Virus record (IMG/VR): IMGVR_UViG_3300046694_000202
Location: 1-64,000 of that record
DNA: 64,000 nt
Source of the DNA: a virus
Direction: 5' to 3' (one strand)
Shown here piece after piece: positions 58,452 through 64,000 of this stretch; position 1 is the stretch's first letter, and every line of letters starts with the position of its first letter. The translations under genes and the position numbers were made by a program. The notes under the pieces were generated by a model. That model was given only the letters and a program-made list of their open reading frames with translations, was not told the DNA's origin and made no database searches.

Positions 58452-59936
58452 ATGCAGAATTACACCCAGATTCCGGACAGCCAGCGGATCTCCGATTCGC
58501 TGCTGCCGCTCCTGAATAACGACCAGACCGGGATCTCGCGCAACGCCGGGGACAACTACCCGACCATCGGTCTCGTCGTGGGGATGCCCTACTACAGCAC
58601 GAGCCAGAACAAGCTGTTCCGCCTGTCGAGCCTGTCACCGCTCACGTGGGTGGTCGAGATCGACTACAACCGGCCGTACGCGTATCAGGATAGCGTCGAT
58701 GCTGCAAACGCAAACGCCAACGGGCGCGTGTCGCGGGCCGGCGACATCATGTCGGGCTTCCTCACGCTGAGCGGCGACCCGACCGCCGCGCTGCACGCCG
58801 CGTCGAAACGGTACGTCGATGCGCAGACCACCGTCGCGATCAACAGCGCGAACTCGCGCGTCTCGCGCGGCGGCGACAGCATGTCTGGTTTCCTGACGCT
58901 GTACACCGACCCGCAGCAGCCCTACCACGCCGCGACGAAGAACTACGTCGACGTGTACATCAACAGCTTGGCGGGCAGCAAGCTCGCGAAGAACGGCGAC
59001 ACGCTCGGCGAAGTGTTCAACAACGGCTGGTATCGCTCAAACGGCGCGGTGGGCTGGTACAACCAGACGTATGGTGGCGGCATCTTCCAGAACCAGGGGG
59101 GCTACGTCAGCACCTTTGGCGGCACAGGCTTCCTGACTCCGTGGCACACGCTCGAAGTGAACACGGGCGGCATCTGGACGGCGCGCTACGGCTGGCTCGA
59201 AAACCGGTTCGCGGACAAGAGCGCCGAGGGCAGCTTCAACTCGTGCGGCACGCTGAACAACTCGACGAACCCGACCGTGGTCCCCGGCTCGTTCTATCTC
59301 CAGGCGAGCGGCCGTCAGGTGCAGCTCGTGCGTACCTTCGGCAACTGCAACTGCAACTGCGCCTGCACGTGCTTCCCCGCAGGCACGCGGATCCTGATGG
59401 GCGACAAGAAGACGTGGCGCGCGGTCGAGACGCTGCAGGTCGGCGAGATCGTCATGACCCCGACCGGCCCCGAGCCGATCCTTGAGATCGAGACGCCGTA
59501 CCTTGGCTCGCGCAAGATGTGCATGTTCGCCGACGGCTCGCTGAAGTGGACCGATGACCACGCGTTCTGGACGCGCCGCGACGGCGTGCAGGGATTCTCG
59601 GTGGTCGACAAGGACTCGTTCATGAACGGCGTCGAGGCGGGTCTCGTGAAGGGCCTGAAGAACCACGACGACCTGCTGGTGATGAACGACCGCCTGGACG
59701 AGTTCGCGCACCTTGAGGGCTGGAAGAAGAAGCGCGTGTTCCGCTACACGCAGCCGGCCGAAACGAAGGTCTATCTGCCGATCGTCGGTGGCTCGCACAT
59801 GATCATCGCTGAAGGCTTCGTCGTCAGCGCGGGCATGGACGAAGAGACGTTCGACTACAAATCGCTGGACTGGAAGGGCATGGACATCGCTCACCAGCCA
59901 ATCAACCGTGAGGCGTTCTTCGATGCTCGTTCATAA
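58452..59936 (+). CDS. Tail fibre with Cys-X repeat and C-terminal Hint autoprocessing domain
   Basis: Fibre repeats VSR.GD.MSGFLTL..DP....HAA.K.YVD (x2); GNCNCNCACT then CFPAGTRILM (Hint block A), TDDH (block B), VYLPIVGGSHMIIAEGFVVSA (block F/G-like). Confidence 0.85.
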   Translation: MQNYTQIPDSQRISDSLLPLLNNDQTGISRNAGDNYPTIGLVVGMPYYSTSQNKLFRLSSLSPLTWVVEIDYNRPYAYQDSVDAANANANGRVSRAGDIMSGFLTLSGDPTAALHAASKRYVDAQTTVAINSANSRVSRGGDSMSGFLTLYTDPQQPYHAATKNYVDVYINSLAGSKLAKNGDTLGEVFNNGWYRSNGAVGWYNQTYGGGIFQNQGGYVSTFGGTGFLTPWHTLEVNTGGIWTARYGWLENRFADKSAEGSFNSCGTLNNSTNPTVVPGSFYLQASGRQVQLVRTFGNCNCNCACTCFPAGTRILMGDKKTWRAVETLQVGEIVMTPTGPEPILEIETPYLGSRKMCMFADGSLKWTDDHAFWTRRDGVQGFSVVDKDSFMNGVEAGLVKGLKNHDDLLVMNDRLDEFAHLEGWKKKRVFRYTQPAETKVYLPIVGGSHMIIAEGFVVSAGMDEETFDYKSLDWKGMDIAHQPINREAFFDARS

Positions 59937-60630
59937 AAGCCTGATCCCCACGGATCTCACCGAAGAGGAAGCGCAGCAGACCGTTGACATCGTCAACGTT
60001 CTGCCGGTCGGCAACGGCTTCACGATGCAGTGCGCGTCGCTGAGCCTCTACTGGCAGTTCAATCTCGACCTCGTCAAGTACGGCAACGACGTGATGTACC
60101 TGTGTCGTACCCGTACCAACCAGTGGGTCGTGATGTGGGCCACGGATCTGCACGAGTCGAAGGACAGCTTTTCCTCGGCTATGCTGCGCAAGAACGTGGA
60201 TGAGTTCAAACCAGTGGTGATGATCGGCATCAACGCGGACAAGACCGACTACACCGCCCTCTTCTTCTGCAACTCGCGCGAACCTAACAACCCGAATCCC
60301 CAGGTTGATGACGCCGCCGAGAGTGGTGACATGACGATGAAGCGGTTGATGCCATCGATCGAGCCGTTGTTGCAACGTCATTGGGCCAAGCACAAGCTGC
60401 TCAAGGACACGAAAACGAACGACTCATTGGCCGCTCTGGAGGCCCAAGTGGACCTGCTCACGAGCTGGCTGCTGATGCTCCTGCCCCTGCAGGCCGACAA
60501 GCTCCAAAGACTCCTTGACGTTGGCGTGCTGACGTTGAAAGATAGTGACGTAGCCCTGGATGACGTGGTCGCATTTAAAAGCGCACTCCGTGAAAGGCAG
60601 GCGCTTTACCTCGCGACTATCGGCAAATGA
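59923..60630 (+). CDS. Hypothetical protein coupled to the tail fibre and radical SAM genes
   Basis: ATG 59923 overlaps the fibre 3' end; ATGA overlap with the radical SAM gene. Confidence 0.75.
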   Translation: MLVHKSLIPTDLTEEEAQQTVDIVNVLPVGNGFTMQCASLSLYWQFNLDLVKYGNDVMYLCRTRTNQWVVMWATDLHESKDSFSSAMLRKNVDEFKPVVMIGINADKTDYTALFFCNSREPNNPNPQVDDAAESGDMTMKRLMPSIEPLLQRHWAKHKLLKDTKTNDSLAALEAQVDLLTSWLLMLLPLQADKLQRLLDVGVLTLKDSDVALDDVVAFKSALRERQALYLATIGK

Positions 60631-61988
60631 CAACCTTCGTTCTCAAGACGCTCGACGCTAACAACGTCGAGCGTCGGTTTTTCTACAACAACATGCGCAG
60701 CACGCTGGTCGAGGCACAGACCGGCCGCTCGGTGATTCCGACTCGAGCCGCAGACACCCCGCAAAGCCCCGCCCAGCAAGACTTCCGCAAATCGAAAACG
60801 ATCCGGACGCTGAAGATCCAGCTCGGTCTCTCGTGTAATTACAGCTGCGATTACTGCTCGCAGCGCTTCGTGCCGCACGACGAGCCGACTGGCCCCTACT
60901 CCGTCGACCACTTCATCTCGCGCTTGAGCTGGAACGCCTCGCTCGCCGACGATGCCACGATCGAGTTCTGGGGTGGCGAGCCGCTGGTCTACTGGAAGAC
61001 GCTGGTCCCGCTGGTCGAGCAGCTGCGCATCCGCTACCCCGCGCTCACGTTCCGCATGATCACGAACGGCTCGCTGCTGGACCCGATGAAGGCGAGCTGG
61101 CTGATCACGAACGGCTTCCACATCGGCATCAGCCACGACGGTCCTGGCCAGCACGTGCGCGGCCCCGATCCGCTCGATGATCCGGAGAAGCGCGAGGCGA
61201 TCCTCATGCTGTACCGGCGCCTGCGTCCGCTCGGCCGTATCAGTTTCAACGCGATGCTGCACTCGCAAAATACGTCGCGCGCGGCGATCCAGCAGTTCTT
61301 CGTGAAGCTCACGGGCGACGAGGAAGTGCCGGTCGGTGAAGGCATGTTCGTCGATGCCTACGATGAAGGTGGCCGGGGCATGTCTTTCCTTGACGCCGCG
61401 GATCACGTCGAATATCGTCGCAAGGCGTTCACCGAGCTGAAGTCTGGGCTGGCCCTCAACTTCGGATCGGTGACCGAAAAGATTCACGACTTTGCAGAGT
61501 CAGTCGCCACGGGTCGGCCGGCGTCTACCGTAGGGCAGAAGTGCGGTTCCGATCGCGCGGACACCCTCACGGTGACACTGACAGGCGACGTTCTCACTTG
61601 CCAAAACGTCTCGGCTGTTTCCGTTGCCCCGAACGGGAAGAGCCACCGCGCTGGCAATTGGGACGAAATGGATCAGGTGCGGGTCGCCTCCTCGCGCCAC
61701 TGGTCGACTCGTGAGCACTGTTCGAGCTGCCCGGTCGTGCAATTGTGCAAGGGCAGCTGCATGTTCCTCGAAGGCGATCTCTGGAATGTCACGTGCGATA
61801 CGGCCTACAGCGATAACGTCGTGTTCCTCGCGACCGCCCTTCTGGAGCTGACCGGCTGCACCCTGCAACGCATCGAGCCGATGACTGGCTCGTTGCCTGA
61901 GCACCGCCAGGACGTTTTCACGCCACTGGCGAAAAAGAGCGGGACCACCACCCCGCGCAAAATCATACGGATCAACACGGAAAAGTAA
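60627..61988 (+). CDS. Radical SAM enzyme with SPASM domain
   Basis: CNYSCDYC (CX3CX2C, 60834-60857), FWGGEPL, TNG, ISHDG; SPASM-type CGS...GDVLTC and CSSCPVVQLCKGSC...C. Confidence 0.93.
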   Translation: MTTFVLKTLDANNVERRFFYNNMRSTLVEAQTGRSVIPTRAADTPQSPAQQDFRKSKTIRTLKIQLGLSCNYSCDYCSQRFVPHDEPTGPYSVDHFISRLSWNASLADDATIEFWGGEPLVYWKTLVPLVEQLRIRYPALTFRMITNGSLLDPMKASWLITNGFHIGISHDGPGQHVRGPDPLDDPEKREAILMLYRRLRPLGRISFNAMLHSQNTSRAAIQQFFVKLTGDEEVPVGEGMFVDAYDEGGRGMSFLDAADHVEYRRKAFTELKSGLALNFGSVTEKIHDFAESVATGRPASTVGQKCGSDRADTLTVTLTGDVLTCQNVSAVSVAPNGKSHRAGNWDEMDQVRVASSRHWSTREHCSSCPVVQLCKGSCMFLEGDLWNVTCDTAYSDNVVFLATALLELTGCTLQRIEPMTGSLPEHRQDVFTPLAKKSGTTTPRKIIRINTEK

Positions 61989-61990
61989 TC

Positions 61991-62266
61991 ATGGATCAGC
62001 AACCGCAACAGCAAGACCCGACGCCCCTCATCCGCGCTCTGCAAGGCCAGCGCAACGAAGCGCTCGACCACATGGCCGACGCACGTGCCGCACTCGAATT
62101 CACGCAAGCACAGCTGCGCGGCGCGACCGAAGCGCTCGCCGTGCAAGAGTCGCTGGTCGACGACCTGCGTATGCAGCTCGACACGACGAAGGCAGCGATG
62201 GCCGTTCTGCAAGAACAGCTCGAAGCCGCGCGCGCACCGCAGGCTGAACTCACACTGGTGGAGTAA
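61991..62266 (+). CDS. Small coiled-coil protein
   Basis: 91 aa, Ala/Gln/Leu-rich heptads, starts 2 nt after the radical SAM stop. Confidence 0.7.
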   Translation: MDQQPQQQDPTPLIRALQGQRNEALDHMADARAALEFTQAQLRGATEALAVQESLVDDLRMQLDTTKAAMAVLQEQLEAARAPQAELTLVE

Positions 62267-62269
62267 GCC

Positions 62270-62353
62270 ATGCCGCTCGGCCTGATCATGTGGCTGTTCT
62301 GGGGCGTCCTCCTCTCGCCGACGCGCCCCGGCGACAAACTACCGAAAGCCTGA
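62270..62353 (+). CDS. Possible 27-aa membrane micro-protein
   Basis: GGAG SD then MPLGLIMWLFWGVLLSPTRPGDKLPKA; below the ORF-track cut-off. Confidence 0.35.
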   Translation: MPLGLIMWLFWGVLLSPTRPGDKLPKA

Positions 62354-62449
62354 CCTGAACACTGGCACTTAAACAGCGCTACAAGGGGTGCTCTGTTCCC
62401 CGACATTACTGCCGCTTGTAGCGTGCGCGAATGGTTCAGCGTGGTTCAC

Positions 62450-62475
62450 AAGGACACCTACGGGTGTCCTTTTTC
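62450..62475 (+). terminator. Intrinsic terminator closing the tail / radical SAM unit
   Basis: AAGGACACC-TACG-GGTGTCCTTTTT. Confidence 0.8.
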
Positions 62476-62556
62476 ATTTGCCGTCCGAAACTCTTTGTAT
62501 CGAGTAAACCCCGTCGATAAAATTTGGGCCACTCACCACCACAACGAGTGCCCACG

Positions 62557-63090
62557 ATGTCAATCACATCCGACCAACTTCGGCAGATCTGGAGAAACGC
62601 TTCGGCCACGCGCTGCGAGAAGTTTGCTCCCCTCCTGTCCGATGCGATGGCGCGCTTCGGTATCGATACGAACGAAGAGATCGTCTACTTCCTCGCGCAA
62701 GTCTCACACGAGTCTGGCGAAGCCCAATGGCTGGAAGAGCTGGCATCAGGCAAGGCGTACGAGGGCCGCAAGGATCTCGGCAATACGCAGCCCGGTGACG
62801 GTGTTCGTTACAAGGGCCGAGGCCTCATCCAATGTACGGGCCGGACGAACTATCAGCTGATGGGGATGATGCTCGACCTCGATCTGATCTCGAACCCCGA
62901 GCAGCTGTGTGAGCCGAAGAACGCTGTCGATAGCGCTGCCGCCTTCTGGTGGAACCACAAGCTCGACAACATCGCGCTCAAGAAAGACTTCGTCGCTGTG
63001 ACGAAGGTCATCAACGGTGGCACCAACGGTCTGGCCGACCGGCAGTTGTATCTGTCGCGCGCTCGGGCAGCGATCCCGGAGGCGGCATAA
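62557..63090 (+). CDS. Endolysin, glycoside hydrolase family 19
   Basis: FLAQVSHESG, EELASG.AYEGR.DLGN..PGDG.RYKGRGLIQ.TGR.NY, TKVINGG.NGL.DR; ATG 62557. Confidence 0.93.
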   Translation: MSITSDQLRQIWRNASATRCEKFAPLLSDAMARFGIDTNEEIVYFLAQVSHESGEAQWLEELASGKAYEGRKDLGNTQPGDGVRYKGRGLIQCTGRTNYQLMGMMLDLDLISNPEQLCEPKNAVDSAAAFWWNHKLDNIALKKDFVAVTKVINGGTNGLADRQLYLSRARAAIPEAA

Positions 63091-63477
63091 ATGACCCGGA
63101 AAGACTTCTTCGTTCGTGCGGCATTCACATCGTGGGCGTTGGTCGTTGCGGGGATCGCGGTAGGCAATACGTGCGCCGTTGGCGGCTGGGGCTTCACCGC
63201 CCTGATGGTGGTTGTGAGTGCTCTGCTCGTGGCTGACTTAGTCGTCAACGACTTCATGCCAGAGCGATTCACTTTCACGTGGGCTTTGGATGCACGCAAG
63301 TGGACTTACACGCTTGCTTCCTTTTCCTACGCAAGTCATCTGTTCGTAGCTGAACAGTCATCCCGAAGCGTGCGTTTCGACATGCTCTTCATTTTTAGCT
63401 CAATGGCGATATTCGCCCTGACCTTGAGTTTTCGAAATCTTTTACACATGCGGGGCCGAGAGTGCAACAGACCTTAA
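63091..63477 (+). CDS. Multi-pass membrane protein in the lysis cassette
   Basis: About four hydrophobic segments. Confidence 0.6.
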   Translation: MTRKDFFVRAAFTSWALVVAGIAVGNTCAVGGWGFTALMVVVSALLVADLVVNDFMPERFTFTWALDARKWTYTLASFSYASHLFVAEQSSRSVRFDMLFIFSSMAIFALTLSFRNLLHMRGRECNRP

Positions 63478-63863
63478 AGCAGTGGACCGTCTTCCTGGCC
63501 CTTATGTGGTCAGCCACCGCTTATGCGGCCACTCATGCTGAGATCGCGTTCGGCGCGGACTTGGCAAGCATCCCGGTGATCGCGTACCTGATCACCTTGA
63601 TCCTCAGTGGCATCGGTGGATCGGCGTCTACGCTTCAGCGCCTCTCGGTCGCACCTGATCTCTCTCGATGGAAGCTCGAAGTCGCGAAGGATCTCGTGTG
63701 CGGCATGGCGTCAGGTCTCGTCACTTTCTTCTTCTGCGAAGCACTCGGGTGGTCCTCGGTCAGCGAGGCCGGCGCAATCACGATCGCTGGCTACGGCAGC
63801 TCGAAGGTGCTTGATCTTTTCCTCTCCCGCTTCACGCAGCAAGTCAGCGACGCCAAGTCTTAA
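63462..63863 (+). CDS. Holin-like membrane protein
   Basis: Several hydrophobic segments; LSGIGG.A, AGYG.SK.LD pattern. Confidence 0.6.
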   Translation: MQQTLKQWTVFLALMWSATAYAATHAEIAFGADLASIPVIAYLITLILSGIGGSASTLQRLSVAPDLSRWKLEVAKDLVCGMASGLVTFFFCEALGWSSVSEAGAITIAGYGSSKVLDLFLSRFTQQVSDAKS

Positions 63864-63873
63864 AGGATTCTAA

Positions 63874-64000
63874 ATGGCCAATACCGGTCTTCCGACAAAC
63901 CCGGATGGGCAGTCCGTAACCACGGTCATCGCCCCGGTTCTGTCGACCTCCCCTCACGCAGCGATCAAGATCCTGTATGGCTCGGGTGTACCCGCGACCA
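63874..64000 (+). CDS. Start of a further gene (truncated)
   Basis: AAGGA SD, ATG 63874, MANTGLPTNPDGQ..., open to the window edge. Confidence 0.55.
   Translation, partial: MANTGLPTNPDGQSVTTVIAPVLSTSPHAAIKILYGSGVPAT

Noticed and set aside
58452-59340. Diversity-generating retroelement or invertible shufflon acting on the fibre
   Set aside because: No reverse transcriptase, template repeat, invertase or alternative 3' cassettes seen in the window.
59370-59936. Classical selfish intein in the tail fibre
   Set aside because: No terminal His-Asn followed by a Cys/Ser/Thr nucleophile and no homing endonuclease; treated as a cleavage-type Hint instead.
60627-61988. Radical SAM as QueE, NrdG or another DNA-modification or cofactor enzyme
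   Set aside because: It has a SPASM-type C-terminus and lies in the late tail operon; no queC/queD/folE, dpdA or nrdD genes are in the window.
1-64000. Prophage features (integrase, att sites, host flanks) and tRNA genes
   Set aside because: None recognised; lifestyle cannot be settled because the genome continues beyond both edges.

Overview
The whole window is one double-stranded DNA phage genome segment with siphovirus-type genes (lambda-like tail tip, GpA-type terminase). It is cut inside a DNA ligase gene at the left edge and just after the lysis genes at the right edge. A Burkholderia-type H-NS gene and the high GC content point to a Burkholderiaceae-like host (inference). Layout: (1) 1-10.5 kb, minus strand: replication module with ligase, family A DNA polymerase, 5'-3' exonuclease, SNF2-like helicase, HTH, KTSC and HNH-like genes. 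(2) 10.7-27.5 kb, minus strand: about 40 small early genes including ArdA, H-NS and NinX-like genes, punctuated by about ten copies of the palindrome GTGCGAC-N-GTCGCAC. (3) 25.3-29 kb: control region with an AT-rich tract plus DnaA box, a GATC-free segment and divergent promoters. (4) Primase-helicase. (5) 32.3-62.3 kb, plus strand: packaging, head and tail genes. (6) GH19 endolysin and holin-like genes. No integrase, tRNA or CRISPR array was seen. Best candidate for an undescribed system (58.4-62.3 kb): a tail fibre whose body ends in a Cys-X repeat (GNCNCNCACT), fused directly to a cleavage-type Hint autoprocessing domain. It is translationally coupled to an unknown gene and a radical SAM/SPASM enzyme, which suggests RiPP-like enzymatic maturation of a virion receptor-binding protein. 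All calls come from reading motifs by eye; no database searches were run.
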